This document shows positions 1 to 10,021 of a stretch of DNA of 64,000 nt, one piece after another. Position 1 is the stretch's first letter, and every line of letters begins with the position of its first letter. The DNA lies in the NCBI GenBank assembly GCA_048886685.1, contig JBHLKM010000004.1, positions 82,486 to 146,485 on the forward strand, in the 5' to 3' direction. Source of the DNA: Candidatus Hodarchaeota archaeon (GTDB lineage: Archaea; Asgardarchaeota; Lokiarchaeia; Sigyniarchaeales; SOKP01). The notes beneath the pieces were generated by a model. The model worked only from the letters and a program-made list of their open reading frames with translations, did no database searches and had not been told where the DNA came from. Both the position numbers and the translations under genes were made by a program.

Positions 1-2
1 GA

Positions 3-290
3 ACGATTTGGTTAGCCGATCAAGGAATAAAAGTTGTTGGAACTGATGCGCCTGGCTGGGATCGTCCATTTCATTTTCAAGCTCGAGAATTTCGTGAGAC
101 AGGTAATAAAAAATTAATTTGGGAAGGACATTATGCAGGTATTGAGAGAGAATATTACCAAATGGAAAAATTAGCTAATTTAGATAAGTTACCTTCTTAC
201 GGGTTCAAAGTTAGTTGTTTTCCTATTAAAATCTTGAAAGCAAGTGCCGCTTGGGTAAGACCAGTGGCTATAATCGAGGTTGATGATTAA
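3..290 (+). CDS. Cyclase-family (kynurenine formamidase-like) metal-dependent hydrolase, 3' part only
   Basis: Manual translation: ..WLADQGIKVVGTDAPGWD..WEGHYAGIEREYYQMEKLANLDKLP..FPIKILKASAAWVRPVAII*; typical cyclase C-terminus; open at the window edge and absent from the ORF track. Confidence 0.85.
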   Translation, partial: TIWLADQGIKVVGTDAPGWDRPFHFQAREFRETGNKKLIWEGHYAGIEREYYQMEKLANLDKLPSYGFKVSCFPIKILKASAAWVRPVAIIEVDD

Positions 291-332
291 CCTTTAATTC
301 AGCTAAAAAGAGAAAAATAATAATATTAAAAT

Positions 333-2054
333 TTATGCTCCATTTACTATTTTTACTTTCGGAGCATAAGCATCATGAACTGCGTAATTAGCAAAATTTA
401 TACTATAATGATCACGCCAATGAGTTTTGACATCTTCTAGCATCGCATCCATGATTTCATCTTTTACTTTACCTTCTGCACAAATCGTTGTCCCCATCGG
501 TGTTGCTGTAATTTCGCCATCTTTAACTACAATCTGTCCATCTTTTATTGTATAAGCTGCTAAAGAAAAAGCTTTTTCTATAGCTTGTCCATCTGTTTCA
601 TCAGAATCTATCTTATAAATTGCAAGATCCCCGATTGCTCCTAGCCCTAAATGCCCTCGATCTGTCATCCCTAAACATTTAGCTGTACCCCCCCTTGTGA
701 TTATACAGATTTCATTCAATGTAAGTTCTCGATCAATATCTTTTAATTGAGTTTTCTCAGAAGCTCTTTTAGAACATATGTTTAAAAGCACGTCATCCCT
801 GGATTTCTTATCCATGAGCCATCGAACAATTTGCGGATATGAAGTGAATGGTCCACCATTCGGATGATCGGTCGTCATAAAGACTTGCCATGGATTTTTT
901 GTCAAAAGCATGAGTTCTAACCCTACTGCCCATTGAACGGCATTAACAGCAGTCTTAGGTGAAAAGAAATATGGTACAATCCCAGAACCCGATTCACCTT
1001 CTACTTGCCCATTAATCCATTTTACTCCCGGTCTGTTTCCCCATGCCGATGTTCCACCAATATGATGCAAAGCAAACTCCCAAGGACCATCAGCTGTCAT
1101 TGTTGTTGTTGCTGCTTTTCCGAATATTACTTGTCCTGCATCAATTGTAATATGATTATGTTTATTTAAATATTCGGCTATATCGGCCGCTCCAGATTCA
1201 AAATCACCCCAGTTTGTTCCTCCATATGCATTAAATTGACAATGGGTTAAATGTAAAGCTGAATCTCTCCCTTCTTTCGTTTTAATTTTCCCTACGGCTT
1301 CAAATGTTTCGATTGTATGCTTTTTATTACCTGGATGTCCTAAATTGTTTGCATGGACATGAATCGTGTGAGGTAATCCCAAGTTCTCATTGATTGTTGA
1401 TAAACCTTCTAATATTTCTCTAGGAGTTACATCAAAATGAAATACATGATCATCTAATGAACTAACATTTTTACCCCATGTCCAGTTCTCAACGCCTCCA
1501 GGATTTACTATTTTTACAGCATAACCTTTTGTAACATGTAAAATCCAGGAGACATAAGCAGCCAGTTTGTCATAATTCTTTTCTTTAATATATTCCATCA
1601 CAAACCAGTTGTTTCCAAATAATGGAAATGCTGCTTTATCAATAATAGGAGTAACTAAGAATTCTTCATGAGTATGACGTGCTTTAAGAAGTGGCATTGC
1701 TGGTTCAACAACTGTAGTATAACCTAACCTAGCATAACGATATCCAGTGACCCAAGTGGAAGGAACTGACCAACCAGTACCACTTCGAGTTAATTTAGTA
1801 CGTTTTTCATTGAATTCTTCTAGTTTATCATCAGGTCGAAATGATCGTCCAGCATTAACTTTCGTGCCAGCAATATGAGAGTGTATATCGACACCACCAG
1901 GCATTACAATCATTCCGGAAGCATCAATAACCTTAGCGTCGCTATTAACTTTTTCTACGATTACTCCATCTTTAATATGAATTTCCTTTTTTTCACCGTC
2001 AATTCCATTTAAAGGATCATATACAAGACCGTTTTTTATAATTAGATCTTTCAT
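333..2054 (-). CDS. fwdA: Formylmethanofuran dehydrogenase subunit A (amidohydrolase)
   Basis: PGGVDIHSH, KIVNPGG, HVHANNLGHPGN, HLTHCQF, TTDHPNGGPF motifs; 573 aa. Confidence 0.95.
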   Translation of the reverse strand: MKDLIIKNGLVYDPLNGIDGEKKEIHIKDGVIVEKVNSDAKVIDASGMIVMPGGVDIHSHIAGTKVNAGRSFRPDDKLEEFNEKRTKLTRSGTGWSVPSTWVTGYRYARLGYTTVVEPAMPLLKARHTHEEFLVTPIIDKAAFPLFGNNWFVMEYIKEKNYDKLAAYVSWILHVTKGYAVKIVNPGGVENWTWGKNVSSLDDHVFHFDVTPREILEGLSTINENLGLPHTIHVHANNLGHPGNKKHTIETFEAVGKIKTKEGRDSALHLTHCQFNAYGGTNWGDFESGAADIAEYLNKHNHITIDAGQVIFGKAATTTMTADGPWEFALHHIGGTSAWGNRPGVKWINGQVEGESGSGIVPYFFSPKTAVNAVQWAVGLELMLLTKNPWQVFMTTDHPNGGPFTSYPQIVRWLMDKKSRDDVLLNICSKRASEKTQLKDIDRELTLNEICIITRGGTAKCLGMTDRGHLGLGAIGDLAIYKIDSDETDGQAIEKAFSLAAYTIKDGQIVVKDGEITATPMGTTICAEGKVKDEIMDAMLEDVKTHWRDHYSINFANYAVHDAYAPKVKIVNGA

Positions 2055-2219
2055 AGTAAACTTCCTTCGGTATATCTATGAACTTAATACAAATTTGTAA
2101 GATGTAATTTAATGAAATAAATCTACTAGTTTAAAGAATTTATTATTTTTATAAAGATTTATTATAAAATTTAAATATAAGGATAAGATTTCGTTTTAGA
2201 ATATATTTGAGTGAAAAAA

Positions 2220-2378
2220 TTATTTATTCTTTTCAAAATCTTCCTTGAAAAGTTCCTGATAAATGTTATTTATTTCTGCAGGTTCGAAAAATCTCGTATA
2301 ATCAAGATATTCGCTCCAGTCAATCTCCTCTTTTGCTGAAGTAGATACCCCGATCATTTTTTGTTCGGTTTTTTCCAA
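2220..2378 (-). CDS. Small acidic hypothetical protein, 52 aa (MEKTEQKMIGVSTSAKEEIDWSEYLDYTRFFEPAEINNIYQELFKEDFEKNK)
   Basis: TTG start 4 nt after a perfect SD GGAGGTGA (2390-2383); below the ORF-track length cutoff. Confidence 0.65.
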   Translation of the reverse strand: MEKTEQKMIGVSTSAKEEIDWSEYLDYTRFFEPAEINNIYQELFKEDFEKNK

Positions 2379-2413
2379 CTTCTCACCTCCTTTTCTATTT
2401 TCCTGAATATTTT

Positions 2414-2584
2414 ACGAACCTTATACTCCTTTTTTACATAGAATTAACTGGATATCAAGAGAGATCAAATCCGTGAGAAAAGATATATCAAAAAAAGAGT
2501 CAGGTTCGTCTCTCTTGATTTATAGTAATAATACTACTACAAGTAAACTGAGTAATAATAATACCAATAATTTATTCAAGAGAG
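2414..2584. promoter_or_regulatory. Candidate structured RNA leader with mutually exclusive helices
   Basis: Perfect 11-bp inverted repeat 2454-2464/2509-2519; competing 9-bp partner 2576-2584; crossing helix of about 18 bp, 2414-2435/2490-2509. Confidence 0.35.
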
Positions 2585-2804
2585 GTCTTACAAACATTAT
2601 TATAATATTTATCGATTGTACATATTTAAAGATTACTGTGAGATTTGCTATTTTTTTTGATGAAGTTAATACTATTTCTATGCTCGGTAGACAATTTAGA
2701 CAAAAGTTTTTCTATTTGTTTAAACTTAAATAGAAGTATTTTGTTTATTATTGTAATTTATAAAAACCAGTTTCGTATTTTTCATAAGAATTAGGGATTT
2801 TTGC

Positions 2805-3182
2805 ATGGTAAAGATTTTTATCGTAGATGATGATCAATCCCTACAACGGTTATATACATTGATCTTAAAAGAAGCTGGTTTTGAAATTATAGATACAGCA
2901 TTCAATGGTAAGGTAGCTGTCGAAAAATATAATAAGCTTAAAGAAAAACCTGATATTGTTTTAATGGATCATCGAATGCCGATAAAAAATGGACTCGATG
3001 CCATGACTGAAATCTTAAAGGTAAATAATCATACAAAAATAATATTTGCGAGCGCGGATATTAGTATAAAGCAAAAGGCCATTGAACTTGGCGCTTGTGC
3101 TTTTCTCGATAAACCGTTTAATATACATAAGTTGCTGACTATTATCGAGAAGATCTGTGAAGAATTAGTTTTGAGTAATTGA
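2805..3182 (+). CDS. Single-domain response regulator (CheY-like receiver)
   Basis: IVDDD..PDIVLMDHRMP..GLD..FASA..FLDKPF receiver motifs. Confidence 0.95.
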   Translation: MVKIFIVDDDQSLQRLYTLILKEAGFEIIDTAFNGKVAVEKYNKLKEKPDIVLMDHRMPIKNGLDAMTEILKVNNHTKIIFASADISIKQKAIELGACAFLDKPFNIHKLLTIIEKICEELVLSN

Positions 3183-3383
3183 AATTCTCGCTATAAATGT
3201 TCCTATGGTTTGTTTACGATAAGTTATAGTATAATATCAGCAATATTATAATTAGGTATTGTTTTAACAATTTTATCAAACACTTTCATTAATTAAAAAT
3301 TGATTAAAATAGGTTTATATTTTATATAGTACAAGATCTATTTAATAACAAAAATAAAAAGTTTCAAAAAAAAGTGACCAACA

Positions 3384-3899
3384 ATGGAAACAGGAAAAAA
3401 ATTAAGTTTAATATCTGGAATAATAACGATTGTAGCAACCTTTTTCTTTTCTTGGTATGCAATTGATGTCTTAGGTACAACATACTATGCTAATGGTTTG
3501 GGAATAATGAATAATCTTGTTGATATGTTTACAGATGCAGAGAGTTTAGGAACAACACTAGATATACCTCCTTTTGCATTTTACATAATTGCTGGTATAT
3601 TTATTGCTTTCTTAGTTTCTGGAGTTTTACAAATATTAGGAATGAAACACCGAGTATTTGTAATAATAGGAACTCTTTTAGTTCTTCTAATAGCATCTTT
3701 AATCTTTTTAGGGAGTGCTGATGTTGTAAATATTGATAATTGGATTATAAATGTTTTAGGGACAGATACACCATTGATAGAGGGAATTATTCCACTAAAG
3801 ATTTTAGAGGAGGGTATGTTCGATATCGGAATGTATTTACTTTATGCTGGTGGAATAATAGGAATAATTGCATCTGTTTATGGCCCTGGGGCCTTTTAA
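3384..3899 (+). CDS. Four-TM membrane protein, probable paralog of the next gene
   Basis: Four hydrophobic Gly-rich segments; W..GLG after TM1, GMYLLYAGG in TM4. Confidence 0.75.
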   Translation: METGKKLSLISGIITIVATFFFSWYAIDVLGTTYYANGLGIMNNLVDMFTDAESLGTTLDIPPFAFYIIAGIFIAFLVSGVLQILGMKHRVFVIIGTLLVLLIASLIFLGSADVVNIDNWIINVLGTDTPLIEGIIPLKILEEGMFDIGMYLLYAGGIIGIIASVYGPGAF

Positions 3900-4124
3900 T
3901 TTATTTTTTTATATATTTTTTTCATTTTATTATTATGAAAATTCGTTGAAATTCAATTTAGAATACACTAATTTATCTGTTAATTTAAGACATTACTGAC
4001 TTTTTAACAAGATTTTTTCCATGCTAAACTAAGGATAAATCTTATATATCACATTCAATCTATCTTATATTAAATAAATTTTAAATTAAAAAATAGAAAA
4101 AATATAAAAAAAAGTGCGATTTAT

Positions 4125-4631
4125 ATGGGTGCAGGTAGAATTATCGCCATAATTGGTGGTATAGTAGGAATTCTTAGCATAGGCCTTTATCATTTGTTGC
4201 CTGAATTATTTTGTTTATGGAGGCTTGACGCGAGTCCTATTCTTCAGATTTGGATAGGAGGATTTGGATTTGAAGCTGGAGAAGTGATGGGTATCGGATC
4301 TGATCCTGAATACACAGAAGAGATACTTCTGTTGATTATCGGTGCACTAACTGTTGGAGGAGGAGCTCTATCCATAATCGGTGGTATAACAGAGAGTAAA
4401 ATAATTGGAATTTTAGGGGGAATCGTGATGTTAGCTGGTCCAGTTCTCTTTATAATTGGAGCAGCAATTGAATTTGGTCCTTTTGAAGATTTAGCGGCTT
4501 TAATACCTCCAGGAGAAAACCTCTTATTTGGGAGCCAAGCCGGAGGAGATTGGGGTTTATGGATAGGTACATACCTAGCAATTGGGGGCGGTGTTGTAGG
4601 ATTAATAGGTGGATTTTTAACTGAAGCTTAA
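4125..4631 (+). CDS. Four-TM membrane protein, probable paralog of the previous gene
   Basis: Same topology; W..GGFG after TM1, GTYLAIGGG in TM4; similar AAAAAAAGTG upstream. Confidence 0.75.
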   Translation: MGAGRIIAIIGGIVGILSIGLYHLLPELFCLWRLDASPILQIWIGGFGFEAGEVMGIGSDPEYTEEILLLIIGALTVGGGALSIIGGITESKIIGILGGIVMLAGPVLFIIGAAIEFGPFEDLAALIPPGENLLFGSQAGGDWGLWIGTYLAIGGGVVGLIGGFLTEA

Positions 4632-4674
4632 GTGGTACGCCACTTTAATAAAATATAAAATTTTTTTTATTTAA

Positions 4675-5352
4675 TTATAATTTCTTTTTTTTCTTCGTTA
4701 GAAGTTTAATATCTTCAGGAGTATTGATATTAAGAAAAGTGAGAAGATTTGGATCGAGTTTCTTAATTGATTTTTCAATTGAAATGAAATTAATTTTCCA
4801 ATTCTTATCTATAATATTTGTGAGTTTGTATTTCCGATTTTTCAAATTTTCTTCAATACTAATATAAGCTTTTTTGATAGGGTAGATAGCAAATAAAGGT
4901 TCTAAGAATCCATTATTCCATCTTGGAATACTACAATCATATCCTACTGATTGATTTATCATAAATTCAATGACATCGAGATTAATAAGGGGTAAATCGC
5001 AAGAAAGACTAAAGGATTTCTCATAACCAATGTCTTTTAATTCTTTAAAAGCAGAGTATAATCCTTTCATTGGAGTATTCATATTTGAATCTGATAAAAG
5101 AGAATTATCGTCAATGATGAAACCCATAATTTGCTTGAAATTAATCTTATCAATATATGACTGGGCTTGTTGCTTAGAATGCGCGACTAAAAATATATTG
5201 TACTGGATTTGAGTTAAAATCTCAAGTTGATAGGAAATTAAAGGTTTCCCACGAAATTCGAAAAGTCCCTTATCAATTCCAAATCGGGTACTCTTCCCTC
5301 CAATCAGTATAGTAATAGCAAGATTTTTTAACTTATTGCTTATTTTTAACAC
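4675..5352 (-). CDS. mobA: Molybdenum cofactor guanylyltransferase
   Basis: ILIGGKSTRFG-DKGL, SCDLP, LEPLFAIY, FLNINTPED. Confidence 0.9.
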   Translation of the reverse strand: MLKISNKLKNLAITILIGGKSTRFGIDKGLFEFRGKPLISYQLEILTQIQYNIFLVAHSKQQAQSYIDKINFKQIMGFIIDDNSLLSDSNMNTPMKGLYSAFKELKDIGYEKSFSLSCDLPLINLDVIEFMINQSVGYDCSIPRWNNGFLEPLFAIYPIKKAYISIEENLKNRKYKLTNIIDKNWKINFISIEKSIKKLDPNLLTFLNINTPEDIKLLTKKKKKL

Positions 5353-5487
5353 TTTTTTTAATAGTATCGTAAATTTTCTATTAAACTAATAATTAAAAAT
5401 TATATATGATTTAAATTAATTGAAGATAATTAAATTTCCTCTCGTAATTATCTAATAATCATGCTCTTTAATGAGCCGACAATAAAA

Positions 5488-6984
5488 ATGAGAGATAAGA
5501 TAAAAGACCATTGTGCTATTTTTGGTGTTACTTCAGATGATTTAGGTTTTTCAGTATCCAAGCTATTGTATCAAGGTTTGATAGCATTACAACATCGAGG
5601 ACAGGAATCAACTGGAATTTCTATACTAAAAACAGGCGGAAATATTATTACTTATAAAAAAAGTGGATTAGTCTCACAAGTTTTAGAAAGTAAAATTTTA
5701 TCTCAATATTGGGGAAATGTGGGTATTGGACATAATAGATATGCTACCACAGGGGCAATAGGATTTAAATCCACCGACTATATGCAACCTTTTCATTTTA
5801 AAAATAATGAAATTGAATTTTCTATGGCTTTCAATGGCACTATTGCTAATTTTGATGATGTTAAGCAGAAAATGGATGATATGGGTCGTGTATTTATTAC
5901 TGATACTGATACTGAAGTAATAGCCCTATTAATTGGATCCATTGCTTTAGGAACAGAAGATTGGCCAGAAGTTTTAACACTAGCTAGCAGACTATTAGAT
6001 GGTTCATATTCATTAATTTTACTGACTTCTGAAGGAGATGTCTATGCAATGAGGGATCCATTTGGATTTAAACCTTTATGTATTGGTGAATTAAAGAATT
6101 CCAAAAGAAATATCTATTTTGTGGCATCCGAATCTTGTGCTATAGATGTTGTTGGTGGAACACTTATACGAGATGTTAAACCTGGTGAAATAGTGCATTT
6201 AAGCCACCAAAAAGACATTCATTCTGAAAATATTATTAAATCAAATAGAACAGCATTATGCCAGTTCGAATTTGTATATTTTGCTCGACCTGATTCGGTT
6301 ATAGATGGAGTATCAGTTGCAGAAGCAAGGGTAAGATTGGGTAAATATTTAGCTAAAAATGATTCCATTTTGAGAGATCCTGAAATTAGAGAAAATGCAA
6401 TAGTAGTACCTGTACCAGATTCTGGTCGAAGTGTTGCTGTAGGTTATGCAAAAGAAGCTAAGCTTCCCTATGTAGAAGGATTGATGAAAAATAGGTATGT
6501 ACATAGAACCTTCATTATGCCAGGTCAAGAAAAACGAAAAATAGCCGTGAAAGAAAAATTAAATCCCATAAAAAGTGTTGTTTCTGATAAGGATATTATT
6601 CTCTTAGATGATTCTATTGTGAGAGGGACTACAACTCAACAGATTGTTTCACTATTGAGGGAAAAAGGAGGAGCCAAAAGGGTACATTTACGAATAAGTT
6701 GTCCTCCAATAATAAGCCCTTGTTATATGGGAATTGATTTTCCAACAAAAGATGAGTTAATAGCAGGGAAGTTTCAAGATCTATATGGTGAAAATTACAT
6801 GGAAGAAATTAGAAGAACCATTGGAGCAGATACTTTATTATACCAAACTGTAGAGGATTTAACTCATGCGATTGGAAAGGATAAAAAACAATTATGTTTA
6901 GCCTGTTTAACCGGAAGTTATCAATTAAAATCTGTACAAAAATTAGCAGAATTAGAAAAATCGTTTGTAAGAAGTAGAACTTAA
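5488..6984 (+). CDS. purF: Amidophosphoribosyltransferase, canonical type (short propeptide, catalytic Cys)
   Basis: DHCAIFG, QHRGQES, GHNRYAT, VPVPDSG, DDSIVRGTT, CLAC; start 5488 preferred over 5461. Confidence 0.95.
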   Translation: MRDKIKDHCAIFGVTSDDLGFSVSKLLYQGLIALQHRGQESTGISILKTGGNIITYKKSGLVSQVLESKILSQYWGNVGIGHNRYATTGAIGFKSTDYMQPFHFKNNEIEFSMAFNGTIANFDDVKQKMDDMGRVFITDTDTEVIALLIGSIALGTEDWPEVLTLASRLLDGSYSLILLTSEGDVYAMRDPFGFKPLCIGELKNSKRNIYFVASESCAIDVVGGTLIRDVKPGEIVHLSHQKDIHSENIIKSNRTALCQFEFVYFARPDSVIDGVSVAEARVRLGKYLAKNDSILRDPEIRENAIVVPVPDSGRSVAVGYAKEAKLPYVEGLMKNRYVHRTFIMPGQEKRKIAVKEKLNPIKSVVSDKDIILLDDSIVRGTTTQQIVSLLREKGGAKRVHLRISCPPIISPCYMGIDFPTKDELIAGKFQDLYGENYMEEIRRTIGADTLLYQTVEDLTHAIGKDKKQLCLACLTGSYQLKSVQKLAELEKSFVRSRT

Positions 6985-6986
6985 AT

Positions 6987-8384
6987 TTATTCTACACCAT
7001 CCCAACAATACGTACATAACTTTTCCTTTGGTAAACCGATTGCTTTAACCAAATTTTCAAGTCTTTGGTATTGTAACGTAGTTAAACCTAACTTCTTACG
7101 TATAACATCAACCATGGCTTTATAATTCTCAGAATTTGGATTAGTATATTCTGCAGGATCTCCAATATCCCTTCCAATTAGTTCCTTTATGGCCCATCGC
7201 CCAGCTAAATCTAACTCAGAACGAGATCGAGAGAAATTGAGGAATTTACAACCATAAACTAATGGAGGGCATGCAGGCCTCATATGAACCTCCTTAGCAC
7301 CGGAATCAAACAATCGCTCAATTGTTTTTTTAAGTTGAGTTCCTCGAACTATCGAATCCTCACAGAAGAGAAGGCGTTTATCATTAATTAGCTCCTTTAT
7401 AGGGATGAGCTTCATTCTTGCAACTAGATCTCTAATGGATTGATCCTGAGGCATAAAACTTCGGGGCCAAGTTGGGGTATATTTTACATAAGGACGTGAG
7501 AATGGGATTTTTGCTTCGTTTGCATAACCTAAACCGTGAGCGGTTCCAGAGTCTGGTATTCCTGCCACTAAATCAATTTTCACGTCGTCATTTTTTGCTA
7601 AATAAGATCCACATTTATAGCGAACAACTTCCACATTAATTCCTTCATAATTTGATGCAGGGTATCCATAATACACCCATAAAAAAGCACAAATTTGTAA
7701 GTGATCACCAGGAGGGATTTTTAGTTCAAATCCATTTTTATTTATAAAAACTATCTCGCCTGGTCCTAAATATTTTGTTATCTGGTAACCCAAATTCGGA
7801 AAAGCACTGGTTTCCATAGTAACTGCATAAGAGCCGGATTTTTCTCCTATGATAAGAGGAGTTCTACCTAGTCTGTCTCTGGCAGCATATATGCCTTCCT
7901 CAGTTAATATAAGTAATGTACACGAGCCATCGATAATACTTTGAACCTTTTGAATTCCTTCTTCAAAGGTTTTACCTTGGCTTATTATAGTAGCTATCAA
8001 TTCTGTGGGGTTAATCTCCCCTCCATGCATTTCCGAGAAATGTGTTCCATTTTTTAAGGCTTCTTTTGCTAAATGTCCCAAATTGTTTATTTTCCCAACA
8101 GTAGAAATTGCAAACACACCTAGACGTGAATTGATTATTAAGGGTTGATCATCAAAATCACTAATCACTCCAATACCTTTATTACCATGCATTCTCTTGA
8201 TGTCTTTTTCAAATTTAGATCTAAATTGAGATGATGTAATATTCTTGATAAATCTTTGAAATCCACCAGAGTTTTTTACTGCTAATCCACCTCTAACAGT
8301 TCCTAAATGGCTATGATAATCAGTTCCGAAGAATAAATCATCTATACAATCATTATCTGAATAGACTGCGAATAATCCTCCCAT
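6987..8384 (-). CDS. purF: Amidophosphoribosyltransferase paralog lacking the N-terminal nucleophile Cys (MGG- start)
   Basis: MGGLF.., HSHLGT-RGG, GIPDSG, EDSIVRGT, ACPP, CTYCW. Confidence 0.85.
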   Translation of the reverse strand: MGGLFAVYSDNDCIDDLFFGTDYHSHLGTVRGGLAVKNSGGFQRFIKNITSSQFRSKFEKDIKRMHGNKGIGVISDFDDQPLIINSRLGVFAISTVGKINNLGHLAKEALKNGTHFSEMHGGEINPTELIATIISQGKTFEEGIQKVQSIIDGSCTLLILTEEGIYAARDRLGRTPLIIGEKSGSYAVTMETSAFPNLGYQITKYLGPGEIVFINKNGFELKIPPGDHLQICAFLWVYYGYPASNYEGINVEVVRYKCGSYLAKNDDVKIDLVAGIPDSGTAHGLGYANEAKIPFSRPYVKYTPTWPRSFMPQDQSIRDLVARMKLIPIKELINDKRLLFCEDSIVRGTQLKKTIERLFDSGAKEVHMRPACPPLVYGCKFLNFSRSRSELDLAGRWAIKELIGRDIGDPAEYTNPNSENYKAMVDVIRKKLGLTTLQYQRLENLVKAIGLPKEKLCTYCWDGVE

Positions 8385-8453
8385 AATTAGTGCACTAAGT
8401 ATAAATTTGATGAGATATTTTTAAAGTAATTTATTAATCTACTAAGCGAAAAC

Positions 8454-9083
8454 TTACTTCCTACAATAATGGATAAAATTTTGATACATCTTTATCCCAT
8501 ATTTACTTGATTTTTCGGGATGAAATTGAGTAGCAACAATATTATCCTTACAGACTATAGAACAATATTCAATTTCTCCATAATTAGTTTTTCCTAAGAT
8601 TCTTTCTTTTTCTTTAGGTATTGCATAAAAACTATGGACAAAATAAAAAAAAGCGTTATTTGGAATTTCTTTCACTAGAAAGTGGTTATCATCTATAATT
8701 TGAACATTATTCCAACCAATTTGAGGGATTTTATTTACCATTGTCTTATCAAATGATATTACTTCACCTTTGATTAGATCTAATCCCCCATGTGTTCCCA
8801 TTTCAGAACTTTTAGAAAATAATAGATGTAGTCCAAGGCATATACCAAATAAAGGCTTTTTATCATTTATAATATCTTTAATTATTTTAACAAGGTTTTT
8901 TTTATTCAACTGTTTCATTGCATCTCCAAAAGCTCCTACTCCCGGTAAAATGATTCCATCAGCATCTCGAATCTTTTTTGGATCTGAGGTAATGACGCTT
9001 TCTATCTCTAAATAGCGAAAAAGTTTATAGATGCTTTTAAGATTTCCCATCTCATAATCTATAATGGCAATATTAAAAGGCAT
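8454..9083 (-). CDS. hisH: Imidazole glycerol phosphate synthase glutaminase subunit
   Basis: DYEMGNL, LPGVGAF, GICLG, YFVHS, QFHPEKS. Confidence 0.95.
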   Translation of the reverse strand: MPFNIAIIDYEMGNLKSIYKLFRYLEIESVITSDPKKIRDADGIILPGVGAFGDAMKQLNKKNLVKIIKDIINDKKPLFGICLGLHLLFSKSSEMGTHGGLDLIKGEVISFDKTMVNKIPQIGWNNVQIIDDNHFLVKEIPNNAFFYFVHSFYAIPKEKERILGKTNYGEIEYCSIVCKDNIVATQFHPEKSSKYGIKMYQNFIHYCRK

Positions 9084-9086
9084 AAT

Positions 9087-9914
9087 TTATAACCTCATAG
9101 GTATTCCAACTTTACAACACTCCTGTTTTACAAGCTCTATTGGATATTCGTTATAGTGAAAAATTGAAGCTGCTAATGCGGCATCAGCTTTACCAAGTTT
9201 GAATACATCTATAATATGCTGAGGAGTTCCCGCACCTCCGGAAGCAATTATTGGAACATCTAACCTTTCACTAAATACTCTTGTTAATTCTAAATCGTAC
9301 CCACTTTTAGTTCCATCGCAATCCATAGATGTCAATAGAATTTCTCCACTTCCTAAGTTAGTAGCTTCTTCACCCCATAAAACAGCATCTTTTCCTGTAG
9401 GAGTTCTTCCCCCATGAATAAAAACCTCCCACCAACAATATTTATCATCGACTTGAACGACGCTATGTTGTGTGGCTTCTTCAGGAATTTCTACATAAAC
9501 TCTTTTAGCATCTATTGCAGTTACAATGCATTGAGAGCCGAAAATCTTTGAGTTTTCTTTTATTACATTAGGATTCTGAACAGCAGCAGTATTTAAAGAG
9601 ACTTTATCGGCTCCTGCCCTTAATATTTCTTTAATATCTTGAGCAGTTCTTAATCCACCTCCCACAGTAAATGGAATAAAAACTTGCTCTCCTGTTCGCT
9701 CAACTAAGTCGATAAGTATTTTCCTTTTGTCTGAAGATGCTGTAATATCTAAGAAAACTAATTCATCTGCGCCTTGTTCATCATAAAATTTCCCCAATTC
9801 TATAGGATCTCCAGCATCTCGTAAATTTATGAATTTGGTACCTTTTACCACTCTTGCTTTATTTGAACTGGTAGTAACGTCTAAACAAGGAATAATACGT
9901 TTAGTTAATGGCAT
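9087..9914 (-). CDS. hisF: Imidazole glycerol phosphate synthase cyclase subunit
   Basis: [42 protein letters not shown]; start reset to MPLTKR. Confidence 0.95.
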   Translation of the reverse strand: MPLTKRIIPCLDVTTSSNKARVVKGTKFINLRDAGDPIELGKFYDEQGADELVFLDITASSDKRKILIDLVERTGEQVFIPFTVGGGLRTAQDIKEILRAGADKVSLNTAAVQNPNVIKENSKIFGSQCIVTAIDAKRVYVEIPEEATQHSVVQVDDKYCWWEVFIHGGRTPTGKDAVLWGEEATNLGSGEILLTSMDCDGTKSGYDLELTRVFSERLDVPIIASGGAGTPQHIIDVFKLGKADAALAASIFHYNEYPIELVKQECCKVGIPMRL

Positions 9915-10021
9915 TATTATGAGTCTTAATGTTTTTAAGCTTAGGTAATACAAAAAATGTATTAAAATAAATCTTATTACATCATTTTTTATTTGATTTA
10001 ATTTAATATTAAACCTAATGG

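Noticed and set aside
2541-2555. AAGTAAACTGAGTAA matches the 62-kb repeat (reverse strand) at 14/15 positions
   Set aside because: Short and AT-rich, flanks do not align; plausible by chance
2473-2733. 86-aa ORF in the track
   Set aside because: Low-complexity Asn/Ile-rich translation across a divergent promoter region; probably non-coding
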